Below are positions 36,811-46,656 of a stretch of DNA of 64,000 nucleotides, piece after piece. This stretch comes from a virus. Lineage: Duplodnaviria; Caudoviricetes. The notes under the pieces were generated by a model. The model was given only the letters and a program-made list of their open reading frames with translations. It made no database searches and was not told the DNA's origin. The position numbers and the translations under genes are program-made. Location of the stretch: positions 10,322-74,321 of the IMG/VR virus record IMGVR_UViG_3300033120_001005, one strand, 5' to 3'. Positions within the stretch are counted from its first letter, which is position 1; each line of letters opens with the position of its first letter.

Positions 36811-38372
36811 TGGTAGAAGTAAAAAAAACCAGAACAACAAAAAAAGACCAGTTAAATGAACGTCTTTTAGAAGTTATTCATCAAGGTAAAATTCCACCTC
36901 AAACTATAGAAATGGAAAAAATTGTTCTTGGAATGATATTGTTACAAGAAGATTCAATTTATAAAGTTTCTCCTTTGCTTACAAGTGAAATGTTTTACAA
37001 ACCAGAACATCAGAATATATATAAAGCAATTTCTAATCTTTATCGTTTAAAAAACCCAATTGATATAATTACTGTTTCTCATGAGTTAAAAAAATTAGGT
37101 CTTTTAGAAGAAACTGGTGGTGCATATTATGTAACAAGTTTAACTACTAATTTAGCAACAAGTAGAAATACTGAATATTATGCTCTTGTTATTCGAGAAA
37201 AATGGATTTGTAGGGAAGTTATATCTAAACTTTTTGTAAATGCAAATTTGGCATATGAAGATGATACAGATGTTTTTGATTTAATTGCTAGTACTAAAAC
37301 GTTTCTTACGCATTTAGAACAAGACATAAACACAACATCATCATCTATTAAAGAATACTCAGCCAATGTTCTTAAAGTTGTTGAAGAAAACAAAAAGCCA
37401 ACAATAGGCCATGGTACAGGTTTAATATTGTTAGATTATAGAACTGGTGGTTTTCAAAACACAGATTTAATTGTAATTGCTGGTAGGCCCGGAAGAGGTA
37501 AAACAATTTTATTGATTCATGGTGTAAGAGAGTGTTACATTAAAAAAGTTCCTAGTGCTATTTATACCTATGAAATGTCAGGCGAACAATTAGTTCATAG
37601 ATTAATATCAAGTCACCTTAAAATTGATAACAATGCATTACGAGCCAACAAACTATCAGAAGAAGAAAAAGGATTAATTAAAATATTTCATGAGGATATA
37701 TATGACAAAATTTTGATTAACGACAAAAACCCTAATTTATATGAATTATTAAATTCCATGGAAAGGGACGTTATAGAAAAAGGTGTTCAGATTTTCTTTA
37801 TTGATTATTTACAATTAATTCCTACTCCAAAGGATTTAGAAAGAAAAACCAGAAATGATTACATTGGAATAGTATCATTTGCTTTAAAAACATTTGCAAA
37901 AAAACATAATGTTCCAATAGTAGCTTTAGCTCAGTTATCACGAGAAAGTGAAAAAAGAACTAAAGATGATGGTTTTACTGATTATATTATGTCAGATTTA
38001 CGAGAATCAGGTTCGCTTGAACAAGATGCAGATATGGTTTTGTTTGTTGATTATAGTGAAAAAACTGGTAAATCACGCGTTCAGTTTGGCAAATTTAGAC
38101 ATGGCGCCCTTGCAAAAGTTTCTTTAAAATTTGAAGGTAAATACGTAAGGTTTCTAAATGATGAAGACGATTCTACTACCCGTAAAGCTATGGCACATTA
38201 TGAGCAATTTGGAGAAATCAGTGTAACTTTTGAAGAAGATTTAAAAGCAACAACAGCAGCAAAACCAACAGAAACAACAACACTTACAATAGAAAGTGTT
38301 CCTTATTTTTATCGTGACCCTACAGAAGCAGGTCAAGATGATGTATTACCTGATACTGAATCACCATTTTAA
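36810..38372 (+). CDS. dnaB: replicative DNA helicase
   Basis: N-terminal PPQ..E.E..VLG domain, AGRPGRGKT, IDYLQLI, AQLSRESE, LRESGSLEQDAD. Confidence 0.95.
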   Translation: MVEVKKTRTTKKDQLNERLLEVIHQGKIPPQTIEMEKIVLGMILLQEDSIYKVSPLLTSEMFYKPEHQNIYKAISNLYRLKNPIDIITVSHELKKLGLLEETGGAYYVTSLTTNLATSRNTEYYALVIREKWICREVISKLFVNANLAYEDDTDVFDLIASTKTFLTHLEQDINTTSSSIKEYSANVLKVVEENKKPTIGHGTGLILLDYRTGGFQNTDLIVIAGRPGRGKTILLIHGVRECYIKKVPSAIYTYEMSGEQLVHRLISSHLKIDNNALRANKLSEEEKGLIKIFHEDIYDKILINDKNPNLYELLNSMERDVIEKGVQIFFIDYLQLIPTPKDLERKTRNDYIGIVSFALKTFAKKHNVPIVALAQLSRESEKRTKDDGFTDYIMSDLRESGSLEQDADMVLFVDYSEKTGKSRVQFGKFRHGALAKVSLKFEGKYVRFLNDEDDSTTRKAMAHYEQFGEISVTFEEDLKATTAAKPTETTTLTIESVPYFYRDPTEAGQDDVLPDTESPF

Positions 38373-38680
38373 TGAAACTAGAACTTAAAAAAATTCAAGA
38401 TCACCCGTTTTTTAAAAATCCGGGTGAAAAATATTGGTATTTATTAGGCGAGAAAATTTGTTACAATCGTTTAAAAACCATAAAATTGTATAATAAACAT
38501 TATGAACCTGAGAGTACTGAGGACAACGTTGAAAAAATAAAAACATTCTTTGCGTATGTCATGTATAATAAAGACAAACCATTGAAGCTTTTTGATTCAA
38601 AAGAAAATCTACTTGACGATTTAAATAAATATAATCATGTTAACAAACGGGACACACAAGAAAACAGTAGCTCAAATTGA
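38372..38680 (+). CDS. hypothetical protein
   Basis: 102 aa after dnaB. Confidence 0.5.
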   Translation: MKLELKKIQDHPFFKNPGEKYWYLLGEKICYNRLKTIKLYNKHYEPESTEDNVEKIKTFFAYVMYNKDKPLKLFDSKENLLDDLNKYNHVNKRDTQENSSSN

Positions 38681-39101
38681 GCACTCAAAAAGCAAGTACA
38701 AAGGAAGAGACGGTGACATTTATGTACATAAAGTTACTTTTACCGATGGAACTTATGGTGAAAACCATACTAAATCAGAACAATGTAAAGATTTTGTTGC
38801 TAATCAAGAAGTTGAATTTATCTGCGAAGTCAAAGTAAATGGCAATTACACCAATTACAAAATTAAAGTTGAAAAAGACAAAAAAGGTAATTTTGGTGGT
38901 GGTAGTAGTGGCAGAACATTTACACCTAGTAATGATGGTAAATACATGGCAGCTGCAAAATGTATTGAGTTATCAATTTTAGCCGTTGAAAAAGGAGTAA
39001 TTAAAGACAATCAAATTAGTGAAACAACAACAAAGTTTTATAAACTTATTTCCGGGCTTGTTGAAGGACAAACCCCTACTACAACAGAACAAACCCAATA
39101 A
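38637..39101 (+). CDS. putative OB-fold ssDNA-binding/recombination protein
   Basis: Beta-rich N-domain, G-rich linker, helical C-domain; in the replication cluster. Confidence 0.4.
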   Translation: MLTNGTHKKTVAQIEHSKSKYKGRDGDIYVHKVTFTDGTYGENHTKSEQCKDFVANQEVEFICEVKVNGNYTNYKIKVEKDKKGNFGGGSSGRTFTPSNDGKYMAAAKCIELSILAVEKGVIKDNQISETTTKFYKLISGLVEGQTPTTTEQTQ

Positions 39102-39295
39102 GGTAAGTATCATCTTTCCTTATCCAATTATTATTTTCAATTACTTTGAAGAAATATTGTTGCTTAAAAAATGTAAAACCCTTCTTAATGAAGGGGTTTA
39201 TTTTTTTGGCTATAATTTAGAAGAATTGGATTACAGTGTATTTGCTGAGTTTCAAAATTATCCTAGAATTGTATATAAAATAGAAATAGAAAGTA

Positions 39296-39751
39296 ATGAA
39301 ATGGACTCAAAAATCATTAAATAATTTAGGATTTGAATTAAATGATGGTATAGCAAAAAAAACAAATAAAAAATCAGTACAAAAAAAACCTTCACAAAAA
39401 AAAATTAATAAAGTTATTGGCAATCTTCAGGAAAAAGCAAAAGACAAATTACAGCTTGATCCAAAAGATTTTATTGAATTAGCCCTTAAAAACTCAAAAT
39501 GGTATTGGGTAAAAGAATATCAATTTGATACTGAACGTAAGTTTAGGTTTGATTGGGCTATTCCTGAACTTAAATTCTATTTTGAATACGATGGTTTAGT
39601 ATCAGAAAAAAGTGGCCATACTACTTTAGTAGGCTATACAAAAGACACAGAAAAAAGATCGCTGGCAACCGATTTAGGTTGGAATGGAAAACATTACACT
39701 ATTCTTAACTACAAAAACATTATTGCCGACCTTAACAAACTAAATAAATAA
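39296..39751 (+). CDS. Vsr/DUF559-like endonuclease
   Basis: EYQFDTERKFRFDWA...EYDG...H.T..GY..D..K....GW. Confidence 0.7.
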   Translation: MKWTQKSLNNLGFELNDGIAKKTNKKSVQKKPSQKKINKVIGNLQEKAKDKLQLDPKDFIELALKNSKWYWVKEYQFDTERKFRFDWAIPELKFYFEYDGLVSEKSGHTTLVGYTKDTEKRSLATDLGWNGKHYTILNYKNIIADLNKLNK

Positions 39752-39753
39752 TT

Positions 39754-40266
39754 ATGCAAAACTTCATTTTAGCACTTAAAGACGTATTAGATGTTTCAGA
39801 TTTAAAATTAGTTATTGCCTTAGATGGCAATAACGTAACAATTCAAATTTCTCCAAAAGCAAAAGAAGGAAATACTGATTTTCCATCATTAAACTTTGCT
39901 GGCCATATCAATACTATTGATGATAAATTTGGTGAACAATTAGCATCTAAGCTTAAAAAGAACCTTCCACTAATTAGCAATATTAATGTTTACGATAAAA
40001 ACCTTGCTAAATTAGAAGAAAGTAAAAAAATTGAAGTTACTAAAAAAGCAACTGAAAAAAAGCCGGAAACTAAAAAACCAACAGTTGCCAAAAAAGAAAC
40101 ATCAGGTTTAGAACTAAAACCTGAAGAATTAGGTAAAGAAAATGATGATGATGATGAAAATAACAGTCATGCTGAACAACAAAATACAGTTGCTAATTTA
40201 ACAGAAGAAAAACCTGAACCAAAAACAGAAGAAACAACAGCACCAGCACAAGAAAAATTATTTTAA
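39754..40266 (+). CDS. PRTRC system protein E
   Basis: LKLVIALDGNNVTIQISP...SLNFAG...IDDKF N-domain plus charged tail; operon position. Confidence 0.7.
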   Translation: MQNFILALKDVLDVSDLKLVIALDGNNVTIQISPKAKEGNTDFPSLNFAGHINTIDDKFGEQLASKLKKNLPLISNINVYDKNLAKLEESKKIEVTKKATEKKPETKKPTVAKKETSGLELKPEELGKENDDDDENNSHAEQQNTVANLTEEKPEPKTEETTAPAQEKLF

Positions 40267-40274
40267 TTAGCAAT

Positions 40275-40478
40275 ATGGAATTTACATTAATAAGAAGAAT
40301 ATTTGAATTTGAAGGTCAAGAATATAGTGACCCAAACCCTAATATGAGTATTGATAGAGCTAAAGCATTTTTAGCAAATGAAAAACCTGCTATTATAAAT
40401 GCCACTGTTCTTTCTGATACTACACAAGGTAACAAAAGGATAATTAAATTAGGTAAAAATGCCGGAACGCATGGATAA
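40275..40478 (+). CDS. PRTRC system protein C (ubiquitin-like)
   Basis: RIFEF.G..YSDPNPNMS...AFLA...PAI.NATV...GTHG with C-terminal Gly. Confidence 0.85.
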   Translation: MEFTLIRRIFEFEGQEYSDPNPNMSIDRAKAFLANEKPAIINATVLSDTTQGNKRIIKLGKNAGTHG

Positions 40479-40674
40479 CCAAACAAAAATTATTTCCGTA
40501 CTTCAATTAAGTTTGAAGTACGGAAATAAAACTGAGAAAGAAATAAAATCAGAACAAGAAAATCAGAACAACGAAGAGTATAAAGAACAGTATAAAGAAA
40601 TTAAATTTATAGTTCTACCATGGAATATGACTGGAAAACCATTAGAAGCAAAATTCAAAAATCCGGTATATTAA
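40459..40674 (+). CDS. small hypothetical protein in the PRTRC operon
   Basis: Fills the gap between C and F-like; start 40459 or the next Met (MDNQ). Confidence 0.4.
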   Translation: MPERMDNQTKIISVLQLSLKYGNKTEKEIKSEQENQNNEEYKEQYKEIKFIVLPWNMTGKPLEAKFKNPVY

Positions 40675-41573
40675 CTGAAGTAAAAGTTGTACCTCAATTA
40701 TATGACAATCATACAGGACTTAGTGAACTGGCTTGTTATATGATTTGGATATCTGAATATAAAAATTATACTTTTAAAGGTAATTCACTTAAAGAATATG
40801 TTCAAGAAGTAACACAACAATTACAAGAAGATGATGAAAACCTTGATTATTTCTTTCAAAATAATCAACTTACTGTAATTCACGAATACATTGAAAGCCC
40901 TAAACAGTATATCAATTTATTGGCACTTTACAAATTCTTTGATTACAATCTTGATGCTACAAGTTATTTTTGTTATTATTTAGAAACTAAAGGTATTGGT
41001 TTTATTCATGAGGTTAATGATATGTTTCCATTTGAATCATTTTGTGAAATGGAAATGTCAGAAGAAAACTCGATACTTAATGATTATTTTTCTGAAAATT
41101 TTCCTCAAATAGCTAAAATTAAATTTGAAAAATATAACGATGGAACTGCTTTTGCTACTGGTTGGGATTTTGTTTGTACAAAAAAACCAAAAAATTTAAC
41201 TGCTCCTCAAAAAGATTTAATTAAACGTTGGGAAAAATTATTTAAAAACTTTCATTTAGGAGATTGTATAATTAATCCAAATGCTTTTGAAGAAGACTGT
41301 TTAATACCAACTGCATATTTACGAGTTGGTATTGGCAATGAACCAGATTTTTATCAACATAACTACAATTATGATGTTTCAGATTTTGTTATTGAATCTA
41401 TAATTACACTTAATACGGATAATTTATCAAAAGAATTTAATTCCTATAATTATGACGGGCATGACGGGCTATATTTTAGAGTTATTTTAGATAAAAAAAA
41501 ACAAGAAAAAATAAAACAATCTATTTTTGAATTTAATAACCTATATAACGAATTATGCAATTTGACGGTTTAG
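40620..41573 (+). CDS. PRTRC protein F-like (positional)
   Basis: 317 aa between C and B as in Bacteroidota PRTRC loci; sequence divergent. Confidence 0.4.
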   Translation: MEYDWKTIRSKIQKSGILTEVKVVPQLYDNHTGLSELACYMIWISEYKNYTFKGNSLKEYVQEVTQQLQEDDENLDYFFQNNQLTVIHEYIESPKQYINLLALYKFFDYNLDATSYFCYYLETKGIGFIHEVNDMFPFESFCEMEMSEENSILNDYFSENFPQIAKIKFEKYNDGTAFATGWDFVCTKKPKNLTAPQKDLIKRWEKLFKNFHLGDCIINPNAFEEDCLIPTAYLRVGIGNEPDFYQHNYNYDVSDFVIESIITLNTDNLSKEFNSYNYDGHDGLYFRVILDKKKQEKIKQSIFEFNNLYNELCNLTV

Positions 41574-42139
41574 TTACTCCAAAACACGTTTTGGTTTATT
41601 ACGATGATAAATACAGCGAATACGCTAACGTAGAAAACGGTGAGATAGGTGCATTTAAACCTATAACAAAAGATTTTTTACAAAAAATATCAATTCAAAC
41701 AAAAATTGGTGAAACATTATGCGGTGTAACTCCTAAAAATTTAGTTGGTTACATTCCTATTATCAATAGTTATAGAATTGTATTTACAACACCAGAACAA
41801 ACAAAAACCATTTATCATACATCAGGAGAATTAAAAATTAATTTTCCAAAGATGATTTGGTTTTACGATAAGAATAAAGATCATTTAGAAATATTTAAAT
41901 ACGATACATTGGCTAAAAATGCCATAATGATTCCTATTAATTTTTCAAATGTTAATAGTGGAACTGTTTGTATTGGTACGTGTCCAAGGCCAAAAAGTCA
42001 AACATTTAAAGAAGTAATCAAAGAAACTCAAGAAATGTTTTTTGATGGAAAATTTAACCATGATCAGATAAAAATTACTTATTCAAAATCAAAAGAAAAT
42101 TTATGGAAAACAGTTTTGAAATTCACAAATACTTATTAA
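41555..42139 (+). CDS. PRTRC system protein B (prokaryotic E2 family D)
   Basis: V.NGEIGAFKP, VF.TP, FPKMIW, F.NVNSGTVCIG, FFDGKFNH. Confidence 0.8.
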   Translation: MQFDGLVTPKHVLVYYDDKYSEYANVENGEIGAFKPITKDFLQKISIQTKIGETLCGVTPKNLVGYIPIINSYRIVFTTPEQTKTIYHTSGELKINFPKMIWFYDKNKDHLEIFKYDTLAKNAIMIPINFSNVNSGTVCIGTCPRPKSQTFKEVIKETQEMFFDGKFNHDQIKITYSKSKENLWKTVLKFTNTY

Positions 42140-42831
42140 ATCCCGGACACCCAATTACTATTAATGTAGTTGGAGCTGGCGGCACTGGTGGTTATGTTGT
42201 AGGCGATTTAGCAGCATTGCATTTGTATTTAATTAACACTGGCCGTCCTGGATTAATGGTTACAGTTTATGACCCTGACAATGTAACTGAATCAAATGTT
42301 GGAAGACAAAATTTTAATTTTTCTGATATAGGAGAAAACAAAGCTATTTGTTTAGTCGAAAAATACAACCGATACTATTCTTTAAATTGGGAAGCAAAAG
42401 CTAAATATTATGACCTAAATTTTGCAAATATTACCATTGTATGTTCTGACACAGTAAAATCAAGATGCGAAATTGCTACTCATTTTAAAGAATCACCAAA
42501 ATTTTACAATCGTTTATATAGTGATAGTATCAGACCTTATTTATTAATTGATTGTGGCAATGGTTACGATTTTGGTCAAGTCATTGTTACTAGATTTAAA
42601 ACTGAAGATAAAACTTTTATTGATCATTTTCCTAATTTACCTGAGCCAAAAGAAACACACAGTTGTTCAATGGCAGAAAGTTTATTGAAACAAAATTTGT
42701 TTATCAATAAATTCATTGCAAATTTGGCTATAAATTGGCTTTACACAGGAATTAGGGAAACACAGCAAACTAATTTAGGTTATTTTTTTAATTTTAACGG
42801 AATTATACCATTACAATATGAAAAAGTTTAA
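42103..42831 (+). CDS. PRTRC ThiF-family E1-like enzyme
   Basis: VVGAGGTGG, DPDNVTESNVGRQ, DIGENKA, IDCGNG.DFGQV, HSCSMAESL.KQNLFIN. Confidence 0.9.
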   Translation: MENSFEIHKYLLNPGHPITINVVGAGGTGGYVVGDLAALHLYLINTGRPGLMVTVYDPDNVTESNVGRQNFNFSDIGENKAICLVEKYNRYYSLNWEAKAKYYDLNFANITIVCSDTVKSRCEIATHFKESPKFYNRLYSDSIRPYLLIDCGNGYDFGQVIVTRFKTEDKTFIDHFPNLPEPKETHSCSMAESLLKQNLFINKFIANLAINWLYTGIRETQQTNLGYFFNFNGIIPLQYEKV

Positions 42832-43039
42832 ATATGCTGGTATGAATATGCTTCCATTTACAATGGAAAATGATGTTAATGTTATGTATTTTGGTGTTCA
42901 AACAATGAAACAATGGGATCATTTTTGGTGGAATGAATGGAATAAATTAAATACGGAACTTAAGACTAAAAAACCCAACACAACTTGCATGGTTTCTAAA
43001 CGAGGTCCTAACAGAATAAAACCTAAAAAAAGAAAATAA
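42818..43039 (+). CDS. small hypothetical protein
   Basis: 73 aa, tiled. Confidence 0.5.
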   Translation: MKKFKYAGMNMLPFTMENDVNVMYFGVQTMKQWDHFWWNEWNKLNTELKTKKPNTTCMVSKRGPNRIKPKKRK

Positions 43040-43611
43040 TGTTTCTTACAACTGAAGAATTAAAGCTTTTTTACGATGCTTCTAACAAAGGAATATCGTT
43101 TGATGAAGCATTGCTATTGTTAGCACCTGAAGAATCAAAAAAATCATTTTTGCAGGTCCAGGAATATGCTGTTTTTTACATGGAAAAAAGAAACGATGAA
43201 GCAATTCTTATTAACATGAATAATAATGCCGAATTGTTAAATAAAATTTTTTCATTAATGAACCATATTAAACAAACTTACGCTTCAACTTTAGAAGCTA
43301 TTGAAAGCTGTAATGGAAATGTTTTATTTGCTGACATAAAAAATGATGCTGTAACAGGATATTTTGATAACAATTACCCTAATCCATTTAATGAGGAATT
43401 TAATGTAAAAAAAGATTATCGAATTAACTATTCAATGAATGTTTATCATGGCATTAAAGTAGCTGTTGATGCAGACAATGAAACTGCATATTTTATGGCA
43501 GAAATTGAAGGACAAATTTTACAAACTAAACAATTTAATATTTCAAAACTTTATGAACAATCAAGAGAACTTAAGGCCTATCGTGCCAAAGGAGACACGA
43601 CTTCAAATTAA
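43039..43611 (+). CDS. hypothetical protein
   Basis: 190 aa; no JAB HxH motif. Confidence 0.55.
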   Translation: MFLTTEELKLFYDASNKGISFDEALLLLAPEESKKSFLQVQEYAVFYMEKRNDEAILINMNNNAELLNKIFSLMNHIKQTYASTLEAIESCNGNVLFADIKNDAVTGYFDNNYPNPFNEEFNVKKDYRINYSMNVYHGIKVAVDADNETAYFMAEIEGQILQTKQFNISKLYEQSRELKAYRAKGDTTSN

Positions 43612-45682
43612 AAAATTTGGTGACGAATTAGCTATCAGAACAACCTCACAATTATCAGAAAACAATTATTATAGAATTGCTTTTTGCCAATGGTTTTTTT
43701 CATTAGATGATAATGAATACAACGAAAAAAAACGCTGGTATTTAAGAGCACAAGACAACACTTTGTACACTGGTATTTTAATGGATAGAGCCGTTAAAGA
43801 AGTTCTTACAGGCAAAATTAGCAGTTATTTAAACAATTGGGAAAAGCACGTTAGGAGAATTAATGTTCCAGTGTACATTAATAACAGAATAGTTTATAAA
43901 GATTGGGACAAAGAATTTGAAACAGAAGTTTTAAACCCTATTGAAGACCCTTTTAAAAGTGTACCCGCTGCTGGTTTTGACCTTGAGCATTTAAAATATT
44001 TAGCTGATGAAATGGCTATTATTAAAAAAGATATTGAAGAATTTAGATCAAAACGTGTTTGGAATCAAATATTTTTCTATAACAATAAATTTTTTCTTTG
44101 TTTTCCATATTCTGCTAATATGGTAGTTAATGTAAAAAGCTCATTTACAAGTTACAAATGGCGCTCAGAAGAAAAATGGTGGGAAATAGATTCTTCAGAA
44201 AAAAAAGCTATTCGAGATTTTGCTTTAATGCATAAATTTTCATTTCATAAAAATGCTACTGAATTTCTTTTTGGTAATGCTGAAAAAATCAATGCTTCTC
44301 AAATGGTTGTATCTGATTTTAAAGTTAATGGTTTTAAAATAGAACCATATCCTTATCAAAATGCTGGAATACAATTTGGCAATAAAGCTAAAAAAATACT
44401 TATTGCTGATGAAATGGGACTTGGTAAATCAATTCAATCAATTGGAATTGTGATGTCACATTTGTCTTTTCCTTGTTTAGTAGTGGCACCAAAATCGTTA
44501 CTATACAATTGGGAAAATGAATGGAAAAAATTTACTAGCCATAAACCATATGTATTTTATAATTCAAAATATCCTTTAGATACCGTTTTGTCTATTGCCA
44601 ATGTTGTTATTATTAACTATGAAGGAGTAAAAAAACTTTTACCTTTTAAAGATAGATTTAAGTCAATTATTGTAGATGAAAGTCATAATGTAAAAAACGA
44701 CAAAACAAAACGTTTTACTGAGGTTTTAGAAATGGCTACTGGCAAAGATGTTAGATGTTTACTTACAGGTACTCCTATAATGAATGCACCAGCTGAATTA
44801 ATACCTCAATTAAAAATTCTTGATATGCTAAAAGATATAAATACTGAAAAAAAATTTAGGGATAGGTATTGTGGCAAACATGGTGGAGATAACCTTGACG
44901 AATTAAATATCAAATTACGCAGTTCTGTAATGATTAGGCGCGAAAAAAAAGACGTGCTTACTGATTTACCTGATTTGGTAAGAAATTATGTTAAAGTTGA
45001 CATTACCACGCGCGAAGAATACAATAGAGCCGAAAATGACTTTGTAAATTATCTCAAAGAAGTTAAAGAAATGAGTGACCGAAAAATTAAAGCTGCTATG
45101 AACGCTGAAATTTTGGTTAAAATGGGTATTCTTAAACAAATATCAGCACGAGGTAAAATTGAAGCTATTCTTGAATATTGTAAAAGTGCTTTTGATGAAA
45201 ATCAAAAAATTATTCTTTTTGGATATCACCGCGAAGTGCTGCATGAATACACCAAACGTTTAAATTCCAATTTACTTATTACTGGAGCCACAAAAATTGA
45301 AGATAGACAAAAATATGTTGATATGTTTCAAAACGACCCTAAACAAATGTCAATCTGTTTATCAATTAGGGCTGCATCTGTTGGTTTAACTTTAACCGCT
45401 TCTAGTAATGAAGTGTTTGCAGAATTTGATTGGACATCAGCAATGCATGACCAAGCTGAAGCAAGAGCTCATCGTATTGGCCAAAAGAACTCAGTTAGTG
45501 CTAATTACTTTGTTGGTATTGATACTATTGATTCTGACATTGTAGAATTAATCAATTTCAAAAGAAACATGATTAATGAAATGACCGGAACAAAACACAA
45601 TGTTTCTGAAAACAGCACAATTATTAAGGATTTGCTTAAAAAACGTTATAATTTTGAACCTGAAGGAGAAATTCAAGCATGA
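43553..45682 (+). CDS. SNF2-family helicase with HARP-like domain
   Basis: ADEMGLGKS, IVDESH, LLTGTP, ASVGLTLT, QAEARAHRIGQ; start likely ATG 43553. Confidence 0.9.
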   Translation: MNNQENLRPIVPKETRLQIKKFGDELAIRTTSQLSENNYYRIAFCQWFFSLDDNEYNEKKRWYLRAQDNTLYTGILMDRAVKEVLTGKISSYLNNWEKHVRRINVPVYINNRIVYKDWDKEFETEVLNPIEDPFKSVPAAGFDLEHLKYLADEMAIIKKDIEEFRSKRVWNQIFFYNNKFFLCFPYSANMVVNVKSSFTSYKWRSEEKWWEIDSSEKKAIRDFALMHKFSFHKNATEFLFGNAEKINASQMVVSDFKVNGFKIEPYPYQNAGIQFGNKAKKILIADEMGLGKSIQSIGIVMSHLSFPCLVVAPKSLLYNWENEWKKFTSHKPYVFYNSKYPLDTVLSIANVVIINYEGVKKLLPFKDRFKSIIVDESHNVKNDKTKRFTEVLEMATGKDVRCLLTGTPIMNAPAELIPQLKILDMLKDINTEKKFRDRYCGKHGGDNLDELNIKLRSSVMIRREKKDVLTDLPDLVRNYVKVDITTREEYNRAENDFVNYLKEVKEMSDRKIKAAMNAEILVKMGILKQISARGKIEAILEYCKSAFDENQKIILFGYHREVLHEYTKRLNSNLLITGATKIEDRQKYVDMFQNDPKQMSICLSIRAASVGLTLTASSNEVFAEFDWTSAMHDQAEARAHRIGQKNSVSANYFVGIDTIDSDIVELINFKRNMINEMTGTKHNVSENSTIIKDLLKKRYNFEPEGEIQA

Positions 45683-46041
45683 TAAAAAAAGAATGGTTAT
45701 TAAAAAAATGGAAAGCTATTTGGGCTAAAAAACAAGAAAAAGAAATAGTCAAACCACCAAACACTCAACTAGCAGTGTTTTTAAAATGTCATTTGGCATT
45801 TATTCCAAATACTGTTACAGAAGAAGAATGGGATTTAACTCCTAACAATTCTAAAACGGAAAAAATGGATTTGTTTAAAGGGCGTGTATTAATTGCAGGA
45901 AAACATGATATTATTAAATATTATGAGTGTGAGCCCGGAATAGTAATGATTTGTTCTGTTAATGGATTTACACGAGTATCTGAACCAATAAGCAAAATTG
46001 ATAAAATACTTATTGATTTTGACAAAGCTGTATTAGTATAA
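45679..46041 (+). CDS. hypothetical protein
   Basis: 120 aa, tiled. Confidence 0.5.
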   Translation: MIKKEWLLKKWKAIWAKKQEKEIVKPPNTQLAVFLKCHLAFIPNTVTEEEWDLTPNNSKTEKMDLFKGRVLIAGKHDIIKYYECEPGIVMICSVNGFTRVSEPISKIDKILIDFDKAVLV

Positions 46042-46099
46042 CAGTATAATTATAAGAACAACTATCAGAACAATTTTAAAACTATCAAATTCTATTCTA

Positions 46100-46447
46100 A
46101 TGAATAATCAAAAAACATGGACGCCAAGGGTTGCAAGTGAAACCTTTGGCACTGCCATTGTAAAAACAGAAGAAGCTTTTTTATTTGTTAAAGCAGCTAT
46201 GGAAAATGGTTCAGACATTGAAACAGCTAATAGAGATATGCACATGATTGATGATTTACTTCACATGGAAAGAATGCATTTTTCTTTATTAGGTTTTACT
46301 GCCAAAACTAAAAGCGGCCACTACCGTAAAAACCATACAATTTCAAAAATGCTTGAAACAGTTATTGATGGATATGCAAAAGAAGAAAACCTCTTAAATC
46401 AACAAAAAAATGACTATAGTAGATTTATTGTGCCAAAAAGTACTTGA
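46100..46447 (+). CDS. hypothetical protein
   Basis: 115 aa after ATCAGAA motif. Confidence 0.55.
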   Translation: MNNQKTWTPRVASETFGTAIVKTEEAFLFVKAAMENGSDIETANRDMHMIDDLLHMERMHFSLLGFTAKTKSGHYRKNHTISKMLETVIDGYAKEENLLNQQKNDYSRFIVPKST

Positions 46448-46655
46448 GTTTTTACAAAAATCTCATGAAAAAAAACCAGAAATTATGATTATACACCCTG
46501 AAACATGGGTTGATATTACAAGAGAGTATGCTTTACATAGGGCTAGCGCAGAAACAATTGAAAGTTTAATGAAAATGGAAATTAGGATATATAATACTAA
46601 GCTTCAAGCGTACCGCAGTTACGATGTAAAAGAAAAAGAAATAATTGTAATGTAA
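46410..46655 (+). CDS. hypothetical protein
   Basis: KPEIMIIHPETW motif. Confidence 0.5.
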   Translation: MTIVDLLCQKVLEFLQKSHEKKPEIMIIHPETWVDITREYALHRASAETIESLMKMEIRIYNTKLQAYRSYDVKEKEIIVM

Positions 46656-46656
46656 T

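Noticed and set aside
39019-39324. ORF 39019-39324 as a confident gene
   Set aside because: It overlaps both neighbours and has no recognisable motif; a shorter gene may exist but the start cannot be supported
11516-45682. Inteins or group I introns in terL, dnaB or SNF2
   Set aside because: Lengths are ordinary, motifs are contiguous, and no splicing or homing endonuclease insertions are evident
19823-46050. Further attC sites at GCATAAC (about 19824) and GTATAAC (about 46036)
   Set aside because: No complementary arm or downstream GTT core; these are the AT-rich leaders carrying the ATCAGAA motif
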